This document shows, piece by piece, positions 19,453 to 29,455 of a stretch of 64,000 nucleotides of DNA. The position numbers and the translations under genes were made by a program. The notes below the pieces were generated by a model. That model was not told where the DNA came from and ran no database searches. It saw only the letters and a program-made list of their open reading frames with translations. Each line of letters begins with the position of its first letter. Within the stretch, counting starts at the first letter, position 1. Source of the stretch: a virus (lineage: Duplodnaviria; Caudoviricetes); the IMG/VR virus record IMGVR_UViG_3300038345_000103, positions 11,255 to 75,254 of that record; one strand, given 5' to 3'.

Positions 19453-19908
19453 ATGACAAGAGAAGAAAGAAACATAAAATTAAAGCATTTAATCGCTTGT
19501 ATGAAGTGCGAAGTAAGTGGCAGAGTATGTGATGCAAATTGCCCTACTCAATATGAAGCCGGAAATATGGGAGAAATTATAGAAAATCTTAAAGCAATAT
19601 CCGAAATATTAGAGCAACAGCCTTGTGAGGATTGCATAAGTAGACAGGTGGTGCTTTCTTATATAGTGAATGATTTGAAATTTGGTGATGAAGAAAATGG
19701 ATATGATTTAGAACGTAAAATTGCTCAAGAAGAAATATATAATTTTATAAAAAAGATGCCACCCGTCACACCAAAGGAAAAGACAGGAAAATGGATTTAT
19801 AAACAGAGTATATTCGGAGCGGTTTATTGCAGTGAGTGCGATTTTGAATTAAAGACTAACAATACAAAATTTTGTCCTAACTGCGGAGCAAGGATGGTGA
19901 GCGAATGA
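19453..19908 (+). CDS. Cys-rich modular phage protein with C-terminal Zn ribbon
   Basis: CSEC..CPNCGARM; paralog of 20414..20896. Confidence 0.7.
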   Translation: MTREERNIKLKHLIACMKCEVSGRVCDANCPTQYEAGNMGEIIENLKAISEILEQQPCEDCISRQVVLSYIVNDLKFGDEENGYDLERKIAQEEIYNFIKKMPPVTPKEKTGKWIYKQSIFGAVYCSECDFELKTNNTKFCPNCGARMVSE

Positions 19909-20183
19909 CAGACGAATCTATGAGTTATCTTGACGCATTAACAGAGATTAAAAGGTTGAAAGAAGCATTGAATAAGATAAGGGCGGAAATTGAAAAAGAA
20001 AGCAATCTTGAATCTAATAGGTTACATTGGGGCGAAGCAATGGGACTTAATAAGGCAATAGATATTATCGACAAGCATATTCCAGAATTGACAGAAGAAT
20101 CTGATGCCGAGTTTATGTGCAAAGCTATGAGTAAAACAATAAATAAATCTACTGACGACCGTAATTTTATCGGCGGATTTTGA
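19905..20183 (+). CDS. hypothetical protein
   Basis: ATGA overlap. Confidence 0.55.
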   Translation: MTDESMSYLDALTEIKRLKEALNKIRAEIEKESNLESNRLHWGEAMGLNKAIDIIDKHIPELTEESDAEFMCKAMSKTINKSTDDRNFIGGF

Positions 20184-20186
20184 GAG

Positions 20187-20417
20187 GTGATGCAGATGAG
20201 TGAGTGGATTCCAGTTACAGAAGATGCTCCACCAAAAGGAACTATATGCTTGTGGTGTAATAAGCAAGGAAGCGTATTTATTAGCGCAATAACTTATCGT
20301 TCGGAAAATGATAGTTATGTTGGAAAACATGGATATTTTTCCAATGGATTAGAAAATCATGGAGATATTGTAGCATGGATGCCGTTACCCGAACCATATA
20401 AAGAGGTGAGTGAATGA
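20187..20417 (+). CDS. DUF551 family protein
   Basis: SEWIPVTEDAP...VAWMPLPEPY. Confidence 0.75.
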   Translation: MMQMSEWIPVTEDAPPKGTICLWCNKQGSVFISAITYRSENDSYVGKHGYFSNGLENHGDIVAWMPLPEPYKEVSE

Positions 20418-20896
20418 CAAGAGAAGAAAGAAACATAAAATTAAAACATTATATTACTTGTTTGGAATGTGAATGCAGTGGAAAAGCTTGCGAACCGGAT
20501 TGTGATATACAATTTAAAGCTGGTAATTTTGGAGAAATTATAGAAAATCTTAAAGCCATATCCGAAATAATAGAACAACAGCCTTGTGAGGATGTGGTAA
20601 GCAGACAGACGGTAAAAGAAGCTATTTGTGATTACGTTTGTGGAAAAGATATTAGATGTGTGGCTAATCACGAATGTAACATGAAAAAATTGATTAGCGA
20701 GTTACCATCCGTCACACCAAAGGAGAAAATAATACATTGTAAAGATTGTAAATATCGAGATTATTGGGGTGATTGTACAAAATGGTCTAAAGAATTAGAT
20801 GCACATAAAAGTTATATATTGGATGAAAATATGTTTTGTGGATTCGCTGAATTTAAGGCAGGTGATACAGATGGAAATCTTAACAATGATGCTTGA
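20414..20896 (+). CDS. Cys-rich modular phage protein, paralog of 19453..19908
   Basis: identical MTREERNIKLKH start; CKDCKY C-terminal module. Confidence 0.7.
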   Translation: MTREERNIKLKHYITCLECECSGKACEPDCDIQFKAGNFGEIIENLKAISEIIEQQPCEDVVSRQTVKEAICDYVCGKDIRCVANHECNMKKLISELPSVTPKEKIIHCKDCKYRDYWGDCTKWSKELDAHKSYILDENMFCGFAEFKAGDTDGNLNNDA

Positions 20897-20981
20897 ACTG
20901 TACTTGGGTTTGATTTTACTTTATGTGTTGTTATGGCTTGGACTTTATAAGTTGGTGAAATGGCTATGGATTGAAAGGTGA
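20871..20981 (+). CDS. 36-aa single-TM peptide
   Basis: MEILTMMLELYLGLILLYVLLWLGLYKLVKWLWIER; RBS GGTG. Confidence 0.45.
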   Translation: MEILTMMLELYLGLILLYVLLWLGLYKLVKWLWIER

Positions 20982-21010
20982 TACAGATGGAAACAGTTGT
21001 GAGGTAGACA

Positions 21011-21190
21011 ATGAGCGTAGAAAACGAAAAAGTCTGTTGTAATTGCAAACATAAAAGGAATAGAGATGATAATAACGAGATATACTGTTGGTGTAACTTT
21101 ACAGGAAGATATTTAAGTTACGCTGAGGTTATGACAGGTTGGTGCAGACATTGGGCGAAAAATAAGGAGGTATCAGATGGAAACAGTTGA
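21011..21190 (+). CDS. small Cys-rich protein (59 aa, not in the ORF track)
   Basis: RBS GAGG; VCCNCKH...WCRHW. Confidence 0.55.
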   Translation: MSVENEKVCCNCKHKRNRDDNNEIYCWCNFTGRYLSYAEVMTGWCRHWAKNKEVSDGNS

Positions 21191-21455
21191 AATTATAATC
21201 AAGATTCCTCGTTCTGAATTAGAATATGCCAAGAAAGGTTACACTAAAGCCAAAGCTGACGTGGTTTACAGAGCAATCGAAAATGGCACTATACTTCCTG
21301 AAAATCATGGAAGATTGATTGATGCAGATGAACTCTTGTCAAAGGAAAGACCAAATGGAATATCCGATGATGTATGGGAAGAAAGCCACATTTATAAAAT
21401 GCTGACAAATGCACCTACAATCATAGAAGCAGACAAGGATGGTGATACAGAATGA
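21177..21455 (+). CDS. conserved phage hypothetical protein
   Basis: HGRLIDADEL...NAPTIIEAD motif. Confidence 0.65.
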   Translation: METVEIIIKIPRSELEYAKKGYTKAKADVVYRAIENGTILPENHGRLIDADELLSKERPNGISDDVWEESHIYKMLTNAPTIIEADKDGDTE

Positions 21456-21712
21456 ATATATGTAAAATATGTCAGTTAAGTAGCCCAAGTGGCTGTACCA
21501 AGCTAAGCAATGAAGTTTGTCTTAAGGACGCACCCAAATTGATTAGAGCATCGACTACAAATGGTGATGTGATAAAGGCTATATTTCCCCACCATGATAT
21601 AGAAGTGAATGAACAAAAGAATTATGTTCAGGTATTCTATGACAGTTTTTATACCACTTATCCTTTAAGATGGTGGCTTGAACCTTATAAAGCAAAGAAT
21701 GAAGACAGATGA
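21452..21712 (+). CDS. hypothetical protein
   Basis: TNGDVIKAIFP..WWLEPYK motif. Confidence 0.6.
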   Translation: MNICKICQLSSPSGCTKLSNEVCLKDAPKLIRASTTNGDVIKAIFPHHDIEVNEQKNYVQVFYDSFYTTYPLRWWLEPYKAKNEDR

Positions 21713-21851
21713 ATTTACATATTACAGATAAAGAAATACAAAAACGTATTCGCCGGCTTAGATATAAAGGGTGTGCAAATTGCGAAAAACGAAAAATGTG
21801 CGAATGGGATGAACAAGGCGGGGATGGACATTTACATTTCATCTGTCCGCG

Positions 21852-22193
21852 TTGGAAGAAAATAGGAGGATAACAATAATGCTTGATATTAAAATGAATC
21901 GTGGCAACGTAGAAAAAATGATGGTCTCTGGTGATTTAGCAGACATATCAGCGGACTTTGTATTATTATATAAGACGATATATGAAAGCCTGTTAAAAGA
22001 TAATAAAGAACATGCTTTAGCATTTAAAAATAATATTTTTAAGGCGTTTCCTTATGCAGAAAAACTTGCTGAAAAGGATGTTGCAGAGAACAATGTTAAG
22101 GCTATTAATCTGGCTACGTCTGAGGGACGAAGGGCATTTCTTGACATGTTAAAAAAGAAAGCGTATGCTGAAGCCGAAGGGCTTAATGAATAA
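21852..22193 (+). CDS. hypothetical protein
   Basis: ORF; start uncertain. Confidence 0.5.
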   Translation: MEENRRITIMLDIKMNRGNVEKMMVSGDLADISADFVLLYKTIYESLLKDNKEHALAFKNNIFKAFPYAEKLAEKDVAENNVKAINLATSEGRRAFLDMLKKKAYAEAEGLNE

Positions 22194-22207
22194 AGGAGGA
22201 AAAGACC

Positions 22208-22687
22208 ATGAATGATTTTAAAACAACCGATGATATTATTATTTGCGAGATGCCAAAAGGAACACATATTGTCGCCCAATATATGAAGGCTACAGACACT
22301 CTTAGTGTTTCTCCTAGTGATTTTGCAATGAAGCATCGCGAATTTACAAAGGAAATACTGGCAGACAATACTATTTTTGGTACATGGGATGAAGAGACCG
22401 ACAAATGGTATGTACATGATATTGCCAATATTGATAAAAAGACATACTTTACACAAAAGGAATTGTATGATTTCTGTATTGAACATAACTTTTTATGTGT
22501 TGATGTAAAATATCGTGGCAAATTCCATTCTGTTGAACACTGCTTATCATTCCTTCGTCATGCTGATAAGGATAAGGTTCAGGGCATTTGGGTTAAGCAG
22601 GACGTAGCTGATGCAGAAAAGAGAAGAACATGTTTCTATACTCTTAGCGACAAAGTAATTAATATGGATGAGATTAAAAGGACATAA
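22208..22687 (+). CDS. hypothetical protein
   Basis: RBS AAGGAGG. Confidence 0.55.
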   Translation: MNDFKTTDDIIICEMPKGTHIVAQYMKATDTLSVSPSDFAMKHREFTKEILADNTIFGTWDEETDKWYVHDIANIDKKTYFTQKELYDFCIEHNFLCVDVKYRGKFHSVEHCLSFLRHADKDKVQGIWVKQDVADAEKRRTCFYTLSDKVINMDEIKRT

Positions 22688-22689
22688 AG

Positions 22690-23610
22690 ATGATTAGTAT
22701 TATTATTCCCTGTTATAATGTAGGGTGGACTATTGGGCGTTGCCTTGAGTCCATCCTTCTTCAAACGTATGAAGATTATGAAATTATCATTGTAGATTAT
22801 GGTTCGACAGATGATACTAAACAAGTCATTGATAAAGTAATGTCAGGAACTTTACAACGATACCATTATCACTATACGCAGAATTACGGCAAGCCCGCTG
22901 CTCTCCGCTATGGTATCGCTCAAGCATCCGGCGATTATCTGTTTTTTATCAACGGGCATGATTTCTTAAATCAGAATATCCTTCAGTTTTTACATCATGG
23001 ACTGGTCGCAAGTAAGGTTGATTTTATCGTTTGTGATTATAGAAATGCCGGTTATCATTCACGTCAGATGAATGTATATAGAACACCTACAGATGTTTAT
23101 GTTAATAAGCATACGCCGGATATATACATCACAAAAACATGTCAGTCTAATGTCCATTCTGATTTACGTTTTAACAGAATATGGGGCAAGCTCTTTAAAA
23201 AGGAGTTGTTCTCAGGACTTAAATTTACCGATGATGCAGGGGCTGAAATTACGCTGATGCATAATCTGACGTTAAAAAGCACATTAATCGGTGTAATAAG
23301 TAATGTTTTATATTTTCGTACCACACCTCCGAATGTCGTTGTGGATATGTCAATCGCTCAGGCGTATAAAGAGCGTACTCAATATATAGAACAGCACGTC
23401 AAGAAATATGGAGCCGCAACTCTTAACCATATGTGTTTTCAATACATCATGGCTTTACTGGAAGTGTTTCGCTGTAATACAGATAAGGCAATTAAAACCG
23501 ACTGCGTACGGATAATCAACGACGTCCTTCAGAAACATCCAAATTGCCTAATAGATGATAAGGTATCCATATATGTAAAAAAAATAACAAAAGCCTACTT
23601 GACAAACTGA
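22690..23610 (+). CDS. glycosyltransferase family 2
   Basis: ISIIIPCYN, IIIVDYGSTD, RIWGKLFK; the usual DxD position reads NGHD. Confidence 0.85.
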   Translation: MISIIIPCYNVGWTIGRCLESILLQTYEDYEIIIVDYGSTDDTKQVIDKVMSGTLQRYHYHYTQNYGKPAALRYGIAQASGDYLFFINGHDFLNQNILQFLHHGLVASKVDFIVCDYRNAGYHSRQMNVYRTPTDVYVNKHTPDIYITKTCQSNVHSDLRFNRIWGKLFKKELFSGLKFTDDAGAEITLMHNLTLKSTLIGVISNVLYFRTTPPNVVVDMSIAQAYKERTQYIEQHVKKYGAATLNHMCFQYIMALLEVFRCNTDKAIKTDCVRIINDVLQKHPNCLIDDKVSIYVKKITKAYLTN

Positions 23611-23627
23611 TTAAAATTTGCTACCAT
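23599..23627 (+). promoter_or_regulatory. sigma-A promoter
   Basis: TTGACA-17 nt-TACCAT with extended TG. Confidence 0.6.
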
Positions 23628-23694
23628 ACGATTAAACAAGTTATAAATTAAGTCTATAAAAACTCACAATATAATTTAATACTAGGAGGTTCAC

Positions 23695-24255
23695 ATGGCT
23701 TTTGATGATGTCATTATGACTATCGAAAACGATGATATGCGGAAGTTTGCCCAAAAAGCAATTGCAATTATTCCGCCTTATTTCTATGAGGTTGCAGCCT
23801 CTTCTACCGGCAAGTATCATCCGTCCTATGCTTTAGGGCAGGGTGGTCTTTATAGACATACGCTTGCCGTCGTCAAGTTTGTAAACTATATGCTTGAAAT
23901 CGACTGCTTTAAGAATCGTTGGGATTCAAAAGGACGTGATATGATACGTATTGCGGCTATAATGCATGATTCATTTAAGAGCGGTACTCAGGAAGAATAC
24001 AAACAAAACAAGTATACCAAACATGAACATCCGATAATCGCCGCTATCAAAGTACGTGAACTTGTAGGCTGTGGCATAATTGATGACAAAGAAATCCTAC
24101 AGATTTCGGAAATCATGGCATCGCATATGGGGCAATTTAATACCAGTCCTCGTAGTGATGTCGTTCTACCGTTACCCACCAATAAGTCTCAGCACTTACT
24201 TCACTTAGCGGACTACTTAGCTTCAAGAAAGGATATTGAAGTTTTGTTTACATAA
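23695..24255 (+). CDS. HD-domain phosphohydrolase
   Basis: KYHP..GGLYRHT, IMHD, SHMG, HLADY. Confidence 0.85.
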   Translation: MAFDDVIMTIENDDMRKFAQKAIAIIPPYFYEVAASSTGKYHPSYALGQGGLYRHTLAVVKFVNYMLEIDCFKNRWDSKGRDMIRIAAIMHDSFKSGTQEEYKQNKYTKHEHPIIAAIKVRELVGCGIIDDKEILQISEIMASHMGQFNTSPRSDVVLPLPTNKSQHLLHLADYLASRKDIEVLFT

Positions 24256-24273
24256 CAAGACGATAATTAAGAA

Positions 24274-24609
24274 ATGATGACACTAATTTCATGGAATCCT
24301 GATATTGCATTTTTACAAATGCATAAACTTACCTATGAACAGGTAATCAACCTACAAGTAGGCGAAAGCATTTATTACGTCAATCTTGACGATGATATTT
24401 CAGGTATAGTGTATGATGCTAAGGTTGTTGCTAAGACGCCTTATCAACTTATCTTAGAGTGTAGGGCTATTAAGGAGACTATTGAAATGCAGATGCTTTC
24501 AACAAGCGATTATGCTCATCTTGAGGGCTTTGCATTTAATGAAGCACGTACACTTTCTAAACAGATACTATATGAAAACTTAATATTTAAAGATGAATTA
24601 AGGAGATAA
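24274..24609 (+). CDS. hypothetical protein
   Basis: operon ORF. Confidence 0.5.
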   Translation: MMTLISWNPDIAFLQMHKLTYEQVINLQVGESIYYVNLDDDISGIVYDAKVVAKTPYQLILECRAIKETIEMQMLSTSDYAHLEGFAFNEARTLSKQILYENLIFKDELRR

Positions 24610-24611
24610 CA

Positions 24612-24779
24612 ATGAATCAAACGGAGTTAATACTAATCAAGTTGGAAGTTCGCGACAGCATATTAAGCCATGGCATTCCTGCCGATGTAAAGCGTGGCAC
24701 TAATACCGAAATTGCCAAATATGTAAGTGAGTTAGTGGCTGATGTTATTAAAGAAAAGGTTATGAAGGGCAGGTGCTGA
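24612..24779 (+). CDS. small hypothetical protein (55 aa)
   Basis: RBS AAGGAG. Confidence 0.5.
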   Translation: MNQTELILIKLEVRDSILSHGIPADVKRGTNTEIAKYVSELVADVIKEKVMKGRC

Positions 24780-24780
24780 T

Positions 24781-25287
24781 ATGGATATAAAGATTATACT
24801 TCAAACCATGACCATAAATATAGCCACCGGACTTCTGATAATCATTATGGCAGGCGGACAGCCTAAGTTAGATGGTTATGCTAAAATGATGGGCATTGAT
24901 ACAAAGTCCAAAGAGTTTAAGACGGAACTCAATCATATGGCAGGAGCAGTGCAAATAGAGAATGGCAACAACGGCGATGAAATAATATTACTTACGGCTT
25001 CTGTAATAGAAAACAGGAAACAAAGTAGCAAATGGAAGGGTTCAACGACTGAAGAAGTTGTACTTGCTAAAGAGGGACATTGCTGGCAGTACGCTCCTGT
25101 TACACGAGAAGGGTTTAAAACCAAAAAAGCCAGTAAACGTGTAAGATATTTATGTAAGTTTGTATTGATATTTGGTCCGGTATGTCCGTCTAACGTAGTA
25201 TACCAAGCTCAAGGCACGAACGGAAGCGGCGTATATAAACGTTGCCCTGTTAAAGGACAAAAGGACGAAATTTTTTGTTATGAATGA
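24781..25287 (+). CDS. SleB-like (Hydrolase_2) cell wall hydrolase with N-terminal anchor
   Basis: QIENG..SVIENR..S..TEEVV..QY pattern; hydrophobic N-terminus. Confidence 0.65.
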   Translation: MDIKIILQTMTINIATGLLIIIMAGGQPKLDGYAKMMGIDTKSKEFKTELNHMAGAVQIENGNNGDEIILLTASVIENRKQSSKWKGSTTEEVVLAKEGHCWQYAPVTREGFKTKKASKRVRYLCKFVLIFGPVCPSNVVYQAQGTNGSGVYKRCPVKGQKDEIFCYE

Positions 25288-25299
25288 AAGGACAGTATT

Positions 25300-25539
25300 A
25301 TGTTAAAGAGCGTCGTTGTACTTTTAGCGTTTACTATTATATTCATTATAGTTGTCATTATTGAATTACGTTTGGAAGCGGCAGAATACTATTATAATTG
25401 CTATAAACGTATGCAATTCTCTTATAATGTAACGGACTTTAAGTGTGCCGGTCTTGGTCATAACATATGTACAAAATGTCCTTATCATAAACGTCATTTA
25501 AAAAGCATAAACAAGTTGAAAAATAAGGAGCGAACATGA
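25300..25539 (+). CDS. small membrane protein
   Basis: N-terminal TM helix. Confidence 0.5.
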   Translation: MLKSVVVLLAFTIIFIIVVIIELRLEAAEYYYNCYKRMQFSYNVTDFKCAGLGHNICTKCPYHKRHLKSINKLKNKERT

Positions 25540-26090
25540 AAGTTGATATTTTTACCACGGATAAAAAATATGGAATCATATATGCAGACCCGCCTTGGAA
25601 ACAAAGTAAGGGTGGCAAGAAATCAGTAAGAGCCAATAGTAGTGGCACCGCATTAGATTATCCTGTTTTAGGTACAGATGATATTAAGAAATACCTTCAG
25701 GCGGCTGATGCGTTAACCGTAGGAGACAGCGTTTTATTCTTATGGACTATTGATAAATACTTATTTGATGCTGAACTTATTGCCAAATCATTAGGTTACA
25801 AACTTCATGCTCGTATGATATGGGATAAAGTTACCGGTATACCGGCAGCCTTTACTGTCAGATATGCACATGAATATCTGCTCTTTATGTATAAGGGCAA
25901 ACTGTTACCTATTGCCAAAGAAGAACGTGGCAAAATCAGTACTGTCTTTAGAGAGCAGGTCAAAAGGCATAGTCAGAAACCTGAGATTGCTTATCAGATA
26001 ATAGAAAGATTGTATCCTTATCACGATAAACTTGAACTGTTTGCAAGGAATCAGCGTGAAGGTTGGGATTGTTGGGGTGACGAAGTATGA
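25536..26090 (+). CDS. MT-A70 family adenine methyltransferase
   Basis: IIYADPPW, LFLWT, HSQKP, LELFAR, GWDCWG. Confidence 0.9.
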   Translation: MKVDIFTTDKKYGIIYADPPWKQSKGGKKSVRANSSGTALDYPVLGTDDIKKYLQAADALTVGDSVLFLWTIDKYLFDAELIAKSLGYKLHARMIWDKVTGIPAAFTVRYAHEYLLFMYKGKLLPIAKEERGKISTVFREQVKRHSQKPEIAYQIIERLYPYHDKLELFARNQREGWDCWGDEV

Positions 26091-26437
26091 CAAATTGTCC
26101 GAACTGTAGTGGCTTATTAAAGCCCGACTCATGCAAATGTGAATTTTGCGGTTCTTATTTCTTTGATTTTTGTGGAATTAATTTTGAAGAACATAAGCCA
26201 TTTTATATGCACATAAAGACACAACAGGGTGTTGCAACAATGAAAGTGTTACCGGGTATAAGTACATTTGAAGAAACATCGGAGCCTACTTATATCACAG
26301 ATGCAAAGCATAATACTATAGTGGCAATGCATTATAAGTGTTCAGCCAGTTTGCACATTGATTTTGATTGTTTGCCAATGGATGCTGAGGGTACGTTAGT
26401 TAAACTTGATGAGGAGGCTGCAGATGGGAAGATGTAA
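26087..26437 (+). CDS. Zn-ribbon protein
   Basis: CPNC..CEFC. Confidence 0.55.
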   Translation: MTNCPNCSGLLKPDSCKCEFCGSYFFDFCGINFEEHKPFYMHIKTQQGVATMKVLPGISTFEETSEPTYITDAKHNTIVAMHYKCSASLHIDFDCLPMDAEGTLVKLDEEAADGKM

Positions 26438-26735
26438 TTGCGATACTTGTGGGTATCATATCAATGGTAAATGTGCTCAAGAAGCCAACATGACAAATGA
26501 GGAGTATGAAGATTATTTTATTTTTAAAATCAACTGTCCTCATTACAGTACTGGAGTTAAGGATATTAATACAGTCATCTGTGAATTTATGTCAGATACA
26601 TTCGGCAAGCCTTGCAAATTGGCAGTCTCCGTTCCGACTAGATGTAATAACGATTGTGCCGATTCAGCACAGGCTTGTTGGATAAGAACATTCTTAGCTA
26701 TAAAGGAGAAAAACGATGGACAAAATAATACCTGA
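26424..26735 (+). CDS. Cys-rich hypothetical protein
   Basis: RBS GAGGAGG. Confidence 0.55.
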   Translation: MGRCNCDTCGYHINGKCAQEANMTNEEYEDYFIFKINCPHYSTGVKDINTVICEFMSDTFGKPCKLAVSVPTRCNNDCADSAQACWIRTFLAIKEKNDGQNNT

Positions 26736-27084
26736 TGATATAATCGATGACTCCTTATGTATTCATACGTCAATCGATTTTAAACAGGGTATCTTAACTT
26801 ATTGGATAGATGCCGTGTTTTCCTCAGTTGATAATGTTACATATGACATAAACATCGAACACCGTCGAGACAGTTCAATAATGATATGTCGTAAGAACGA
26901 TAAGCGGTTTAAGTTTTATTTTTCTCCATATGTATCTCAACGGTACTTAAGGTTTGTTTTGCCTGAGTACGCTAAAAGTAAGCCGGCTATCAATCATAAG
27001 CTTGAAATTATATCATTTATTAACAAGATTATTCAACACAATCTTGGATGTGAAGAGGTGACAGATGAAAACTTATTTCATTAA
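26716..27084 (+). CDS. hypothetical protein
   Basis: RBS AAGGAG. Confidence 0.55.
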   Translation: MDKIIPDDIIDDSLCIHTSIDFKQGILTYWIDAVFSSVDNVTYDINIEHRRDSSIMICRKNDKRFKFYFSPYVSQRYLRFVLPEYAKSKPAINHKLEIISFINKIIQHNLGCEEVTDENLFH

Positions 27085-27256
27085 AAAGTGGCGTGCTATT
27101 GCGATGCTGAAATATATTAAGGCTAATATACATCGTTCTAATATTCTTGAAATAATTGATAAGTATATTGATTTTACAAAAACAGTTGAAGAAGAATTGG
27201 AGACGGAACAGAATGAACCGAGACAACAACGAACAAATACAGCAATTACAGAATAG
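27065..27256 (+). CDS. hypothetical protein
   Basis: overlapping operon ORF. Confidence 0.45.
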   Translation: MKTYFIKKWRAIAMLKYIKANIHRSNILEIIDKYIDFTKTVEEELETEQNEPRQQRTNTAITE

Positions 27257-28277
27257 TGGCGTAGAGCTTTATTCTATATCTAAATTAGATAATATTAATA
27301 ACTGCTTATATGCGTCATATCTTACTTATCGCAAGGGGATTAAGGGTAGTAATAATATCTATGCTATCACGGGAACCAAGATGCATGAGGTGCTTGAGTC
27401 TATTGCTAAAGGTGAAGCTACCGAAAAAGACCTTATGCCGGCGATGGAAACAGAGTTGCTTAACGTAGAACTGTTTGGATTTAAATTCCCTACCGAACAA
27501 ATTCGTGACGGCTGGATACAGGATATGACGCACTTTTGTAATCATTACAAGATGCCTGAGGGCATCTATGACACAGAGCAGTTATTTTTATATAAAACCG
27601 ATGATGGTCATTATCTTAGGGGCTATATAGACCTTATCGACCATCACTTTGATGGTACGATTGATATTTATGACCATAAGTCCTCAAGTATGTATTCAAG
27701 TAAAGCTATTGAAGAACATGCACGGCAACTACTTGTTTACATGCTTGCTAAACAACAGGAGGGCTTTAAGGTCAATAAGGTTGCGTGGCACTTCATGAAG
27801 TACGTAAATGCCACTTATAAGAACAAGAAAGGACAATTGACCACCAAGATAATAGAACGGCGTAAAATAGGCTCAGAATTGCTTAAATACGTATCTGAGA
27901 AAATCGACATGAATAACCTTGGTAGTGACCTTATATTGAATGAGTTTGTCAAAACGAATGATATTAATGTCCTGCCGAAAGAAGTCCGTAAGGAGTTTAC
28001 TATTGAGCCGTGCCTTGTTGAGTTTGAGGTAACACAGGAAGCAATTGATGAATGTAAGAAATATATAGCGGACACAATTGCTAAATGGGAATCGCTGAAA
28101 GATAAGGATGAAGCAGCGTATCCTCCGCGTTCATTCACTACAACACAAAAGAATGGCAAGGTTGTAGACGATAGTTTCTTTTGTAGTCAACTTTGTGGTC
28201 ACTTTCAGCGTTGCCAATACATACATGATTACCTGTTAACAGTAAATAATCAAAAAGAAGCAGATGACTTATTTTAG
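27213..28277 (+). CDS. PD-(D/E)XK (RecB/Cas4-like) exonuclease
   Basis: YSISKL, GTKMHE, LRGYIDLI, IYDHKSS, QLLVY, terminal Cys cluster. Confidence 0.85.
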   Translation: MNRDNNEQIQQLQNSGVELYSISKLDNINNCLYASYLTYRKGIKGSNNIYAITGTKMHEVLESIAKGEATEKDLMPAMETELLNVELFGFKFPTEQIRDGWIQDMTHFCNHYKMPEGIYDTEQLFLYKTDDGHYLRGYIDLIDHHFDGTIDIYDHKSSSMYSSKAIEEHARQLLVYMLAKQQEGFKVNKVAWHFMKYVNATYKNKKGQLTTKIIERRKIGSELLKYVSEKIDMNNLGSDLILNEFVKTNDINVLPKEVRKEFTIEPCLVEFEVTQEAIDECKKYIADTIAKWESLKDKDEAAYPPRSFTTTQKNGKVVDDSFFCSQLCGHFQRCQYIHDYLLTVNNQKEADDLF

Positions 28278-28285
28278 GAGGGCTT

Positions 28286-29455
28286 ATGGGAACTAATAAT
28301 TATGTACCATATCATGTCCATACATATTATTCTCTACTAGACTCCTGTACATCTCCTGAAGATTATTGCAAACGGGCAGCCGAAGAGGGTATGAAAGCCA
28401 TTTGCTTTTCCGAACATGGGAATATCTATAATTGGATGAGTAAGTGGAAACTATGCAAACAATATGGGCTTAAATATCTACATGGTATTGAGTGTTATAT
28501 CACGGCGTCGCATGTCCCAAAGGTCAGGGATAATATGCATACCATTCTGATAGCAAAGAACATGGAAGGCTTTAAAGAAATCAACCGGCTGTACTTTTTA
28601 TCAAACCAGCCTGACCACTTTTATTATAAGCCAAGGTTATCTATTGAGGAGTTTCTGAATATCAGTGATAACGTTATTAAAATATCAGCCTGTATTCAGT
28701 CGCCGCTATGGAAGCTCCATAAAGATTTAGATATTATGGACAAACTGCTTAAGCATTATGATTATTATGAGATACAGTATCATGATTTTGAGGATAATAA
28801 GGACTTCACTACATTGCTCTGTTATTATTCAGTTCAATATCATAAGCCGCTTATTGTCGGTACAGATACACACAGCATTGATGATTATAAGGCTGAATGC
28901 AGAACAATGCTACAGTATGGTAAGACCGAGGGTGACTGGGGAGCTTCTGAAAACTCCTGCGACCTGACCTTCAAAACATACGACCAACTTGTTGAAGCGT
29001 TTATGAAACAAGGTTTTCTACCTAAAGAAACGATTCTTGAAGCTATTGAGAATACAAATGTGATGGCTGATAGCTGCGAAGTATTGGAGTTTGATACACA
29101 TGACAAGTACCCGTATTTATATGGTGACAAAGATGAAGAAGTTATGTGGGAGACCATTAATCGCAACTACAAACAAAAGATTGACGCCGGTATTATCCCT
29201 GATGACAAGGCTTATTTAGACCAAATCAATGAGGAGATGGCAGTATTCAAGAAGGTCAATATGGTCGGCTTTATGTTGTTTATGTCTGAAATGATGACGT
29301 GGGCACGAACAAATCATATTGCAACGGGATTCTCAAGAGGTTCAGTATCAGGTTCTGTGGTAGCGTTTGTTACAAACATCACTGATGTTGACCCGATTAA
29401 ATGGCATACGATATTTTCTCGATTCTGTAATGAACACAGGGTCGAAGCTGGAGAT
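28286..29455 (+). CDS. dnaE: DNA polymerase III alpha (DnaE), exon 1: PHP domain and start of the palm
   Basis: YHVHTYYSLLD, SEHG, GTDTH, RGSVSGS, FSRF; ends at ...RVEAGD. Confidence 0.92.
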
